A stretch of 64,000 nt of DNA from Chloropicon primus. Taxonomy: Eukaryota. Made by a program: the position numbers and the translations under genes. Position 1 is the stretch's first letter. Every line of letters starts with the position of its first letter. The notes under the pieces were generated by a model. The model made no database searches. It had not been told where the DNA came from and saw nothing but the letters and a program-made list of their open reading frames with translations. Below, piece after piece: positions 54,468 through 64,000 of the stretch. Location of the stretch: positions 620,001-684,000 of the forward strand of contig CP060763.1 of assembly GCA_023205875.1 (NCBI GenBank). The letters run 5' to 3'.

Positions 54468-55034
54468 CTATAAAAATTTGACGCCTTGGTCGTCCTGGTC
54501 GCTTCCTTGGAACAACATGACTTTCTTTTGCTTCTCCAGCCTCTTGAGGACCTTCTCCATGAGGCCCTTGGTCATCCCGTGAAACTCCTCCGTCGCGAGC
54601 TCCCCGCTGGTGCAGAGCTCATCCACCGTGAGCACGTCCTCCCTCCTCCCCGTGCGGTGAGCCCAGTCCAGCAGGTAGGCCTCCCACTCGCTCAGAGACT
54701 TCCACAGCAGGTGCACCCTCCCACCTCCGCCTCCAGCCTTCTCGCACAACCCCCGCTCCGTCAGGTTCTCCACGATGGCCTGCCTCGCCGTCTCGTTCAG
54801 CGCCCTCTGGATGGCCTTGTTCTCGAACAGGGCGAAGGTTTTCGGGTCGAACTCGAACACGCGTTCGCTCCTGGCGTACTTGACGATCAGGTCCCTCCAC
54901 GAGGCCAACTGCTTCTCCCTCGTCTCCTTCACCGGCTGAAGGGTAAAGAACGGTGGGTAGGAGTAAATCTCGGGGAACTCGAAAGCCCCGCCAGCGCCGC
55001 CGCTGCTGCTTGTGAAAAAACTCGAGTCCACCAT
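54468..55034 (-). CDS. VPS25: ESCRT-II subunit VPS25
   Basis: 'FEFPEIYSYPPFFTLQP', 'QLASW', 'LFENKAIQRAL', C-terminal 'GVKFL*'. Confidence 0.95.
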   Translation of the reverse strand: MVDSSFFTSSSGGAGGAFEFPEIYSYPPFFTLQPVKETREKQLASWRDLIVKYARSERVFEFDPKTFALFENKAIQRALNETARQAIVENLTERGLCEKAGGGGGRVHLLWKSLSEWEAYLLDWAHRTGRREDVLTVDELCTSGELATEEFHGMTKGLMEKVLKRLEKQKKVMLFQGSDQDDQGVKFL

Positions 55035-55047
55035 ATCCTCGAGAGGC

Positions 55048-55221
55048 CTACTTCATCTTCTTTTCCGTGAAGAGGACGTGCTTGTTGACCACAGGATCGA
55101 ACTTGATCAGTTGAAGCTTTCTCTGTCCCCAGGTCCTTGGGTTTTTCTTCTTGACGTAAAAGAACCCCGTTCCTGCAGCGGATACCAAACGAACCAAGAC
55201 AGCGACTCCCTTCTTCGCCAT
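55048..55221 (-). CDS. rpl33: Mitochondrial ribosomal protein bL33 (57 aa; not in the ORF track)
   Basis: Manual translation: [57 protein letters not shown], carrying the bL33 signature 'LVSxAGTGxFY...KL...KFDP....HVLFxE'. Confidence 0.95.
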   Translation of the reverse strand: MAKKGVAVLVRLVSAAGTGFFYVKKKNPRTWGQRKLQLIKFDPVVNKHVLFTEKKMK

Positions 55222-55396
55222 TCTCCCTTCGTCCCTCGCTACAGCGCCGCGGTGCCCTTCCCGTCCCGTCCTCTCAGTTCCCTACCGTCAGTCGGCGGTT
55301 GAATGATCCGGAGGAGGCGAGGCAACCTGCAGGGGGATGATGGATGCAGCCAGGATGGACGATGGCGATGGGATGAATACGGTAGTAGTCCTCAAT

Positions 55397-58150
55397 CTAA
55401 TCTAATTTCAATGACTCGACGAAGGAGACGGTGCCAAAGAGGTTTTCACACCGCTGCTTGGCGTCCTTGCACAAATGGTTCAGGATTAGAACAACCCGGC
55501 GCAAGTCGAAGAGAAACATGTGATCCGGATGATCAAAGATCGCACGGTCTGCCACGAAGCGAGAGGTCGTGAGCTCGTCCACCAGGTCCTGCAGGTCCTT
55601 GCTCGTGAGCTCCAGCTTCAGTGCGTGCGGAGGGTAAACGTCCTTAGTCTGGAGGCAATAGCTGCACGAGAGCATCATCGTAAAGGTGTGGCTCCTTATT
55701 TTCTCGTACTGCCTGATGTCCTTTTCAGTCGGATCAACGCCCAGAAGTTGCAGGTTCGTGGAGGACCAGGCCAGCGTCCTGCAAATGTACTCCACGTCCG
55801 AGAACAGCGCCTCGTACTCGCGATGGGAGTAAGCGCAGTCATCCGTCCGAATTTCGCGATCGGCCATCGCTAAGAGGTTTTGCAGCTTCGAAGAGCTCGA
55901 CAAGCAAGCCATGGTGTGGCGAAAACTGTCTGCTTGCGCGCTCTTGGACTTAACGGTAGTTAGGTAGACGTAAATCATCCCAATGTCATAGAGCGTTTTC
56001 GCGGCCAGCGATCTCATCGCGGTCTCGGCTCTCATTGGGAAAACGAGGAGGTTGAAGACAGAGGCCACCGCGACTGCGATCAGGAGATTCCAGAATCTCT
56101 GCAGGATGAATTGGTCAAACTGGCAGTCTTTCGTACAATACAACAGCGCCACGAAGGTGGTGTAGGTGTAGAGAGAGAAAAACAGGAGATCCATTTGATG
56201 ATGGCTTGACTTGGCAGCAACGACCTTCATCACAAACACCAGAAAAAGGATCAAAACCAACAGGAATAGCATTTGGATGAATTGGGTTTGCGCGATCCTC
56301 GCAGAGTGATAGGCCGCTACCGACCACAGCATGCCGATGCCATTTCCAATAAACCTCAAGCCGGTCTTCGTTAAGAAGTGACCTTGATACGGGCTCCCAG
56401 CATCGAAAAGGACGAAGGCCACGGCGATCAGCCCGGATATGGCATCAAAGGATGCCGCTGTCGGCGGGAAGAACCCAAAGCCAGCGGTAATGGTCACGGC
56501 GATTGCAGTTCTCAAAGCAAGCTTGAAGTCTTGACCTCTCATCCAGTTGACGAAAGCACTTAGACAGCGGCCTGCTATCCGGACCCAAGATGCCCAAAAC
56601 CCTCCCTCAGCTCTTGCCTGCGAGGGCCGCCTCCGCAGCAAGCGTGGATCACCCAGAGTCCTGTCAGTCTGATTTTGCATCCACATCATGTGCTGCAACG
56701 CTCGGAAGGAGAAATACTTCGCGAACACATCTTGGTCCCGCACCTCGGTGTTCCTCGCACACGCAAGCGACAGCGCGTGCGTCGACCTCAGGGCTGTCAT
56801 CGTGAAGGAGGACAAGAAGCTTCCGCGGGACTTGAACCAGCACCGAATGTCGTGCGAGCTCTCTCGAAAAATTGTCTTCATTGCACCCGCAACGATGTCG
56901 TCCGCAGCCTCGCGTCGCTGGTTGTCGTCCCGATCTGTTCGGCGGCCAGGCCTCACATTCTTCTTGTCAAAGTGCTCGAGGTTCGCCAGAACTTCCTTGA
57001 GGTTTTGCCGCACGAGGTCGGTGTAAATCTGTAGCGCTGGCTCGACGCTTTGTTGGAACTTCTCCCCCACGGCCCGAGCCTTGCTCTCGTCCTCGCTGCC
57101 CGGTTCTAGACTGTGCAACACCTTGTCAGCTTCTCTGGCGACCCCATACGCAACTTCCTCCTTGATGCTGGGGTCAGGTATGTAGCCGGGGGCCTGAAAC
57201 CTCGTCAGGACTCGGGTCATGTAGCAGATGTTGTACACGAGCTGCATCAGGGGCCGCACCACTTTGCTCTGGTAGCTCCCCCGCTTCGAGAACGAAAAGG
57301 CGCCCTCGATCTTGGAAACGGCCAGAAGTGCAGGCAACCGGTCCGCGCTTTGGAAGACCGCACGGGCGTGCTTGTAAACTTCGTGCCACTCGGTTGCGTC
57401 GGGGTGGAGCACGTCCGAAAAGTGCTGCTCGAGCAGGCAATCCCACAGCTCGCCGACGCCCCGGCAGAGATGGATGAGGATCGTGTTGAACTGAAGGTAC
57501 ATGAGCTGGGGAAAGACTGTGAGGTTCACCACGAGAGGGATCGCGAGCCCCATGCACGCGGGCTTCAGGACGCTTTTCATGAACTCCAGCGAGAAATTCA
57601 GGACCTGCGGCCGCACCTCCCACCCTGTCAGCCCATTTTGGAAAAACACTTGGTATTGGGCTTTGATCAGCGTAAAACCGAAAACGGTCCCAGCAAGGCA
57701 CAGGCCAACGCCCCACTGGAAGTCCAGCCTCAATGTGTACGACGACACGAAAGAGATCACGAACACGAAGGCCAGGATCCCTGGCCAGTGATCCGCGGTT
57801 ACAGCGATGCAGAGCAAACCGTAGGCTTGCCCAAGCGCCAAGGAAACCACAACTTTCAGGGTGAAACTAGTCACGACCCCGACGCAGCAGGGAGTCGCCA
57901 AGAGCCCCGTTGTGATTGCCAGCAACACCATCAAGAATGCTTGCTTGCCCAGCCATTCATTGACTGCAGGCACGTAGAACAGGACTGCGGGTATGGTAAG
58001 ACAGAGCCAGCTCCGGAGGACCCCCTTTCCCAGCGTCGAGCACGCAAAACCTCGCGCTTCGTCCCAGCATCGCGATGCCGAGGTCCGCCACGTGTCCTCC
58101 CCGTCCCCGTCCTTCACGTCCACGGCGACGTCCTCCCCCTCGCTCGGCAT
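55397..58150 (-). CDS. ALMT / aromatic-acid-exporter (FUSC-like) membrane protein
   Basis: Two blocks of about 6 TM helices, each followed by a helical soluble domain; 'FKLALRTAIAV', 'LRFIGNGIG', 'QRFWNLLIAV..VFNLLVFP'. Confidence 0.7.
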   Translation of the reverse strand: MPSEGEDVAVDVKDGDGEDTWRTSASRCWDEARGFACSTLGKGVLRSWLCLTIPAVLFYVPAVNEWLGKQAFLMVLLAITTGLLATPCCVGVVTSFTLKVVVSLALGQAYGLLCIAVTADHWPGILAFVFVISFVSSYTLRLDFQWGVGLCLAGTVFGFTLIKAQYQVFFQNGLTGWEVRPQVLNFSLEFMKSVLKPACMGLAIPLVVNLTVFPQLMYLQFNTILIHLCRGVGELWDCLLEQHFSDVLHPDATEWHEVYKHARAVFQSADRLPALLAVSKIEGAFSFSKRGSYQSKVVRPLMQLVYNICYMTRVLTRFQAPGYIPDPSIKEEVAYGVAREADKVLHSLEPGSEDESKARAVGEKFQQSVEPALQIYTDLVRQNLKEVLANLEHFDKKNVRPGRRTDRDDNQRREAADDIVAGAMKTIFRESSHDIRCWFKSRGSFLSSFTMTALRSTHALSLACARNTEVRDQDVFAKYFSFRALQHMMWMQNQTDRTLGDPRLLRRRPSQARAEGGFWASWVRIAGRCLSAFVNWMRGQDFKLALRTAIAVTITAGFGFFPPTAASFDAISGLIAVAFVLFDAGSPYQGHFLTKTGLRFIGNGIGMLWSVAAYHSARIAQTQFIQMLFLLVLILFLVFVMKVVAAKSSHHQMDLLFFSLYTYTTFVALLYCTKDCQFDQFILQRFWNLLIAVAVASVFNLLVFPMRAETAMRSLAAKTLYDIGMIYVYLTTVKSKSAQADSFRHTMACLSSSSKLQNLLAMADREIRTDDCAYSHREYEALFSDVEYICRTLAWSSTNLQLLGVDPTEKDIRQYEKIRSHTFTMMLSCSYCLQTKDVYPPHALKLELTSKDLQDLVDELTTSRFVADRAIFDHPDHMFLFDLRRVVLILNHLCKDAKQRCENLFGTVSFVESLKLD

Positions 58151-58885
58151 GGCCGTTACTGTTCCTCCCCGACGAGGCCTTCGCCATCCGCATGGGGAAA
58201 GCCCCGAGAGAGAGAGCGGAGAGGATGAAGGGGAAGGGGAAGGGAAGGGGATAGGCCTCGTCGTCGTTTGTGGACAGAAGAGAGAGAAGGGGGGACTCAG
58301 GGAATCTCCCACCCAAGCCAACCATGACACGCTCTTTCTTCTTCTTTTTTCTTCTCTTTTCTTTTCTTCTTGTGTGTGTTTCTTTTTCTTCTTTCTTGGT
58401 GTCCTTCATTACCTTATTCTTGATGTTCTCTCTTTGAAGTGACAGGATTGTGTGGGACCACGTTCTCGTGGTGTAGTTATTCCACATGGGACCTCGAGCC
58501 TTACTCCTTCCGTAAGAACGTCATGAATCGACAAGACGAAAAACCATACTAAACTATACTATACTATACTTCGGGGTGTCGTGGGGTTCAAACAATAAGA
58601 CAAATAAGACAAAGAGAAGAGTTCAGTCGGCTCCATCTGCGCGGAGGGTCTTGACGAGCACGAGGACGGGACTTGACTTGGGAAGCGACTTGCCAGGACA
58701 AGACCAAGCCAGGACAAGACCAAACGGTGGCCAAGGCCGATGGACTTGGCATCGTCACGCCTTCACTGAAAAGGGAGGACGAGAAGAGACAACGTACGTC
58801 AACAGGAAGAGGTGGTTCCTTCTTGGGGCGGACCCACAGTGAGGCAGTGGTACCGGAACCAGCAGTGGTACCGGACTCAAGCCAA

Positions 58886-58918
58886 GAGAGAGAGAGTGTG
58901 TGTGTGTGTGTGTGTGTG
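58886..58918. repeat. Compound (GA)n(GT)n microsatellite
   Basis: agagagagagagtgtgtgtg... seen directly. Confidence 0.9.
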
Positions 58919-59090
58919 AGTGAAAGAGTGAGAAAGGAAGAGAAGAGTCGCCTGGTGGGGACTTAGCGTTGCAAGCCGTGGGTTCTCTTGAGCAAGCAAG
59001 AAGACTTCTTTGCTCTATTTGGAAGGGCCGAGGCAACGGGGAGACGCCAAGAACACGCATTTTAGAGCGTAGCGAGCGAGTCCATCCAAG

Positions 59091-60260
59091 ATGCGTGACT
59101 TGTTAGCCGCGAAAGGGAGTACCATCCTGGACGACCACCCATGGATTGTGACGATATGCCATGTTGGCATGGCGCTGGAAATGCTTGCGTTCGGTCAAAC
59201 CAAGGTCAACCAGCTCCGTCTTTTTGCTATGGTTGCAGCCTTGCTGATCATGACGTACACGCTTATCGTGACGGATGGAGACGTTTTCGACTGCCACGCC
59301 ATCTGGAGTTTCCTCCACTTTTCTTTGAACGCTTACAAACTCATTCAAGGGTACGCCACGCTGTGGATCCAAATGAGGAAGCTCAAGCCTTGGGACATCA
59401 CCTGCCGCGAGTGGTACTTCAACTCTTTCACGGACCAGGAGTTCCTGGCGCTCAGGGAGTACTGGGAGTGGGTCCTGCTCGAGGAGGGCGACGTCCTCGT
59501 GGAGGAGGGAGAGGAGGTGGAGTACATGAGCATGATCTTCCAGGGCCAAGGCGAGATCAGGATAGACGGGAAGCAGTCCGTCCTGGCGCAGATAGGACCC
59601 GGGTCTTGGGTGGGTGAGATGGCGTTCTTCACGGGAGAGCTCGCGAGTGCGACCGTGTGCGCGGCCAAGCCGACCCTCATCATTCGCTGGGAGATCGACC
59701 AGATCAAGAAACTTCTCCAGCTCCCCGGGAGGAGCTACAAGGCCCAGGCCTTCGCCAAGCTTCCTAGCCACTTCTGCGCCGACTTGGCTCGCAAGGTGAA
59801 GCAGTACAACAGCATCCCCGCGATGCAGAGCTTCATTCAGTCGCAGAAGGAGCAGACGAAGCACACCAAGTTGAAGAAGTTTGACAACAAGAAGGGAAGG
59901 GAACAACCCATGAAGGCCGGTTTCGTGTCTTTGGTTAGCGTAAGAAGATCTTGGGTGAACTTTTTCGACAAAGAAAAGGCCGAGGCGGCTCTCGAGGAAG
60001 GAGACTTGGAAAACGGACAGCCAAAGAAGAAGAAGACTGTGGTGAGGAACTTGGGAAAGGTCCACCCCGACGAGGACAAACCCGTCTCAGGTTTCGGGGC
60101 GCCAAGGAAGCCAAAGAACTTTTACAGGCAGGACACCACTTCGAGGCTGCGAAGGCAACGCGTGCAGAGCGTGAGTTTGGGAATCCCGCAGGATCCTGTG
60201 GAGGAGGGAGACGAGGTGGACGCTGATGAAGTGGAGCAAAACGACGAGAAGGAGAGCTAA
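59091..60260 (+). CDS. Popeye-domain-like membrane protein (3 TM + cyclic-nucleotide-binding fold)
   Basis: Three N-terminal TM segments ('LRLFAMVAALL', 'IWSFLHFSLNAY'), then 'F..FTDQEF', 'LVEEGEEV', 'IGPGSWVGEMAFFTGELASATV'. Confidence 0.8.
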   Translation: MRDLLAAKGSTILDDHPWIVTICHVGMALEMLAFGQTKVNQLRLFAMVAALLIMTYTLIVTDGDVFDCHAIWSFLHFSLNAYKLIQGYATLWIQMRKLKPWDITCREWYFNSFTDQEFLALREYWEWVLLEEGDVLVEEGEEVEYMSMIFQGQGEIRIDGKQSVLAQIGPGSWVGEMAFFTGELASATVCAAKPTLIIRWEIDQIKKLLQLPGRSYKAQAFAKLPSHFCADLARKVKQYNSIPAMQSFIQSQKEQTKHTKLKKFDNKKGREQPMKAGFVSLVSVRRSWVNFFDKEKAEAALEEGDLENGQPKKKKTVVRNLGKVHPDEDKPVSGFGAPRKPKNFYRQDTTSRLRRQRVQSVSLGIPQDPVEEGDEVDADEVEQNDEKES

Positions 60261-60780
60261 GTGAACAAGTTGGTGCGGGTGGACTGCGCACGAGCGTGTC
60301 ACGTACACACATACACGCACACACAACGAGCACACGCACCGTGGGCAGTCCACCGGCTGACTTGCGCATCGAGAAACGAATCACGTCAGTGATACGAAAC
60401 AAAATTTTGGAAAATGTTTTCTACAGACGTAGAGGCAGATGCTCCCGACTCGCGGCTCACGGGCGCTTGCCTCGCTCAAGCTATGTTTTTTCAGAGGGAA
60501 AAGACACACCTTACCTTTTCATGATCCTGTACAATATTATTGATTAGTCAACTTAGCAGGTAAAAAGTATTCACTTTCTTTCCTCTGAACAGCACGATGC
60601 CCCCAGGAAGAACTTATAGTTCTATCCCTCGACAACAATCCAGCAAACCAGACACACGAACCGCTGCCCTGCCTCCTTGCCTCCTCCCACTCGCTCCTCT
60701 TCCAAGGTGTGACAATCAAACCAGGGTGAGGGACAGGCGCCGGTCGACGACGAGCTGAAGCGATCACGGTGCGTGCGCGA

Positions 60781-60815
60781 GGTCTAGGTCTAGGTCTAGG
60801 TCTAGGTCTAGGTCT
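60781..60815. repeat. (GGTCTA)n hexamer tandem repeat, about 6 units
   Basis: ggtctaggtctaggtctaggtctaggtctaggtct, 30 nt upstream of the ATG at 60845. Confidence 0.95.
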
Positions 60816-60844
60816 CGTCTGCATCCGCCGCAAGGAACGTCATC

Positions 60845-61642
60845 ATGGAGGAGGACTCGTTTGCGTTCGAGGAGAAGAGGCGGAAGACGATCGAGAGGAA
60901 CAAGGCCAAGATGATGGAGCTCACTGCGAAGGCAAGGGCAACGTTGGACGAGAGTGGTCTCGACGGGGCTGCTGCTGCTGCTGCTGCTGGTGGTGGTAAC
61001 AAGCTAGGGAAAAGGAAAGGGAAGGACTCAAGTGCTGTGGGGCGACAGACCGCCGAGGCTGCTGCTCCTGCGCCGAGGAGGAACGCCAGGGGCGCGAGAA
61101 AGGCGAGCGAGAGCGCGCGGGCGAGGCTGAAGAAGTACAACGAGTCAGACCCGGAAGAAACGCAAGAGGACGAAGAGTCGAGGTCGGCATCGTCGTACGA
61201 TGGAGAGGAAGAGGGGTTGACGGAGTCGGATTCGGACTCCACCTCCAGCACGGTCGCCTCGGAAAGCGAGGGCAAGGAGAACGCCAGCACGAAAAGCGAG
61301 AACGCGAACACCATCTCGCTCTCCATTGTGCAAGAGCACCTGGGGAAGAAGAAGAAGAGCAAGAAGGCATTGGGCAGGGTCGAGAAGAACGTGTTCGGGC
61401 GCCTCTCCAGTACGGAGGTGAAGTGTCTGTTTGACGATTTGGGCGGAGGCAAGAAGGGTGGGATCACACGGAATGATCTCGAGGTTGTCTTCAAGGCGCT
61501 TGATTTCCCGCACACCGAGGACACGGCGAGCGAGATGATGGAGAGGGCCCTGGACTCACGCCGAGGAGCGAATGCTGCTGGCCAGATGCATCCGGACAGA
61601 CTCGACTACGAGACCTTCTCCTCCCTGGTATCACAGCTGTAG
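60845..61642 (+). CDS. Hypothetical protein with C-terminal EF-hand-like pair
   Basis: N-terminal 'FEEKRRKTIERNKAKM' helix, acidic/Ser linker, 'EVKCLFDDL...GGITRNDL' and 'LDYETFSSLV' degenerate EF-hands. Confidence 0.65.
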   Translation: MEEDSFAFEEKRRKTIERNKAKMMELTAKARATLDESGLDGAAAAAAAGGGNKLGKRKGKDSSAVGRQTAEAAAPAPRRNARGARKASESARARLKKYNESDPEETQEDEESRSASSYDGEEEGLTESDSDSTSSTVASESEGKENASTKSENANTISLSIVQEHLGKKKKSKKALGRVEKNVFGRLSSTEVKCLFDDLGGGKKGGITRNDLEVVFKALDFPHTEDTASEMMERALDSRRGANAAGQMHPDRLDYETFSSLVSQL

Positions 61643-61688
61643 TAGTAAACTTTACAATTCTGTATAAAAAGGCCAATACAACAATTTA

Positions 61689-64000
61689 TCACATCACGAA
61701 CGTCTCGTCGTCTTGCCACTTTGGAAACACCCTCTTGTACAGGGAGATGCAGACGGTGTCCCTCTGCTGCACGACAGCGTCGAACATGCACTTCATCGTG
61801 CCGTGTGTTCCGACGGCTTCCCTGATCTTGCCCCTTCTTCCGTACTTGGTCCACACCTCTAGCGGGGAGAACCACCTGACGTCCTCCGGGCTGTGGAACA
61901 TGTACCTCACGTAAGCCTTGGCCTTGTGCACCTTGTAAGGATAGCCCGTCAAAATGATTCGCTTCAGAACAATTCTATCCGGGTCGACGCTCTTCACGAG
62001 TCCAGCTGCCACCAGGCTCAACCCGGCTTCTGTTTCCTTGAAGCACAGCACGGGCAAAGGCGCATGGTGGATGGGCGCGTAAAGCGAGAACGTGCAGCTC
62101 TCTCCGGAGCGCATGAACTTCTGGTTCTTGTGCTTGTCCACGTTTGGCGCGCTGTCTGAGATGATGGGCCGCCCTCTGAACATTCGAATCCCGGTGTAGA
62201 ACACGAGGTCATCCTTGTTCGCGAGGGGCTCTTCGTACGAGGAGGACTTGTGCACCGCGAAATTCACCATAGACATCTTGGTCTCGTGCTGCAGGAGCCC
62301 GAAGATGACGTAAGGAGTGGAGCCCCGAGACCCCTGGAAGGCTTCCAGCAAGGCCTCGGCCTTTTCTGGCGGAATTCCAGTGAAAACAAGCTTAACGTGC
62401 TCCCCCTTTGTGACCAGATCCGGCCTCCTGCTCGCGAACCCCGCCGCAGGCGCCCTAAGCTTGGCCTTTGCCTGCTTCTGAGCTTTGACCGGGTTCTCGA
62501 AGGCGTATATCTTGGCATACTCCATCGGCAGGCTCTCCTTGGGATCCCAAGGAGACGTTCTGAAACTTTTCAGGCCCCTGTACTTCAAGAACCTCTCCCT
62601 GGCCGGCTTGTCCAGGGGGACCTCCACCTCATCAGGGAACTCCAGGTCCTCGTTCTCGGCATCCTTCCTCGACTTCCTCTCTCTCTCGTAGTTGTCGACA
62701 TAGTCATCCATGTTCTCGTACTCGTCCTCTTCCTCGCCGACATCCCCTTCGTCCTCCGACATGATCTCGATCTCCCCGTGGTGATCCCCAAGATTGTCCG
62801 CGGGGTGCTTGAAATGGCTCGCACCCGGGTCGTTTCCCTCGTCCTCTTCGTCGGTCGTGTCCTCGAACTCCATCTCGTCCGAGAAATCGTCGTCCTCCTC
62901 GTCGATCCAAGCGGACTGGTACTCGCTGAAGCCCTTTGGGACGCTCCTTGACGAAAGCCTGTGAGTCTTGGTGGCCTGCAGCTGCATCTCCTCCGCCTCC
63001 CGCATCTCCTCCTCTGTCGGCCAGGTCTGCTCGCCAGCCAAGGGGTCGGGAACGTTCTCCCTCGCCAAGCTCTCCAGCTGGGACTTGTCCGCAACCACCA
63101 GAGTCTTGGTGTCCTCGTCCATCAGGGACGCGCCTTCCGCCTTTCCCTTTTTCCTTGCCTTGGTGAAAGGGTCGTCTTCCTGGTCGATCCTTTCTACGTG
63201 GTACTCTCCTATCCCAGGAAGCAAAAACGCCTGGTTTGCGGACAAGTTTTGGCCCCTGACGTACCCGGTGAGAGACACTCGGACCTGGTTTCCGTTAGGG
63301 AAAACCTCGCAACCTTCGGTGATCAAGTAAGGCCTCTGCTTCCTCCACACGGGAACGATCTGCTTGTGCTCCTTGAGCATTCTGAAGAGGTGCAGGCAGT
63401 CCTGGTTCGAGTCCAGGGGCAAGCAGTTCACGCTATCCCTGACCTGCTCGGTGAAGACTTTTGTGGCTCTCTTCTTCTCTCTCGCCTTCTCCGAGAGCCC
63501 GAGCCCCGCCATGCCCTGCACGCAGCAATACACGTTCGGCAAGCTGAACGCCCGGAGCGCCTCGCACATCGAGAGCGCGAGGGGGTCCATCACCTCCGCC
63601 TCCTCTTCCTTCCCGCTGCCACCTGCCTTGGTCACAAACAGCACGATGTCCGCTATCTTAATGTAGTCCAGGAGCCTGATGAGGGTGGCAGACCGGAGGG
63701 CTCCGCGCTCCGAAGCCCTCTGGAACGGGGGCAAGATCCTCACCCGGACTTTGACGTCAGGAACGCAGAAGGTCTCCTCCCCCGAGTGCTCCACTTTGGT
63801 GCCCATGAAAGCATCCCCGTTGTTGTCCTCCATCCTTGCTCCCACGGTGGCGGCCGTCCTCAGGAGCTCGTGAGCCTCCTCCAGGTTCACTTGGTCGGTG
63901 CATGGTATAATCGCGATCACCTTGGGCGGTCCGTGTGTCGACAACCTCTTCTCCCTCAGGGTCTTCTCCCTCAACTTTTCGCGGTGACTCTTCGCGGCCT
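61689..64000 (-). CDS. TSR1: Pre-rRNA-processing protein TSR1 (5' end outside the window)
   Basis: 'DPLAGEQTWPTEEEM', 'SEYQSAWI', 'EFPDEVE', 'ARERFLKYRGLKSFRTSPWDPKESLP', 'GTHGTMKC', 'LYKRVFPKW'. The frame is open to the window edge. Confidence 0.95.
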   Translation of the reverse strand, partial: AAKSHREKLREKTLREKRLSTHGPPKVIAIIPCTDQVNLEEAHELLRTAATVGARMEDNNGDAFMGTKVEHSGEETFCVPDVKVRVRILPPFQRASERGALRSATLIRLLDYIKIADIVLFVTKAGGSGKEEEAEVMDPLALSMCEALRAFSLPNVYCCVQGMAGLGLSEKAREKKRATKVFTEQVRDSVNCLPLDSNQDCLHLFRMLKEHKQIVPVWRKQRPYLITEGCEVFPNGNQVRVSLTGYVRGQNLSANQAFLLPGIGEYHVERIDQEDDPFTKARKKGKAEGASLMDEDTKTLVVADKSQLESLARENVPDPLAGEQTWPTEEEMREAEEMQLQATKTHRLSSRSVPKGFSEYQSAWIDEEDDDFSDEMEFEDTTDEEDEGNDPGASHFKHPADNLGDHHGEIEIMSEDEGDVGEEEDEYENMDDYVDNYERERKSRKDAENEDLEFPDEVEVPLDKPARERFLKYRGLKSFRTSPWDPKESLPMEYAKIYAFENPVKAQKQAKAKLRAPAAGFASRRPDLVTKGEHVKLVFTGIPPEKAEALLEAFQGSRGSTPYVIFGLLQHETKMSMVNFAVHKSSSYEEPLANKDDLVFYTGIRMFRGRPIISDSAPNVDKHKNQKFMRSGESCTFSLYAPIHHAPLPVLCFKETEAGLSLVAAGLVKSVDPDRIVLKRIILTGYPYKVHKAKAYVRYMFHSPEDVRWFSPLEVWTKYGRRGKIREAVGTHGTMKCMFDAVVQQRDTVCISLYKRVFPKWQDDETFVM

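Noticed and set aside
60781..60815. (TCTAGG)n as an interstitial telomere or CRISPR-like array
   Set aside because: Only about 6 units, no spacers; an ordinary microsatellite.

Overview
Gene-dense, GC-rich, intron-poor eukaryotic nuclear DNA, most likely from a compact green-algal (chlorophyte, Chloropicon-like) genome. This is an inference from short GT-AG introns with CTGAC branch points, TGTAA poly(A)-type signals just after many stops, plastid/mitochondrial-targeted proteins and plant-type TAF1/CDC48B. About 29 protein-coding genes can be read, mostly housekeeping: WDR27, CDC48B/AFG2B, RIC1, bL25, NOP53, RPL5, a plastid phosphate translocator, an SLC4 transporter, TOR, a REX4-like exonuclease, GCP4, GCP5, a PKA-like kinase, YIPF, SNW1, WBP11, PIS, TAF1, VPS25, an ALMT/FUSC-like exporter, a Popeye-like cNMP protein and TSR1 (partial). 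I see no rRNA, tRNA, CRISPR or transposon. The most notable observations: (1) a 57-aa mitoribosomal bL33 gene, absent from the ORF track, ending 13 nt before the VPS25 ATG (likely bicistronic); (2) TAF1 with a C-terminal CW zinc finger; (3) a multidomain protein combining GATA-like, Tudor-like, phage-integrase-repeat-like and triplicated CXXC-like modules; (4) a FIST-Lon-N fusion; (5) head-to-head pairs of functionally linked genes; (6) several candidate structured non-coding RNAs. All family assignments come from motif recognition by eye, not database searches.
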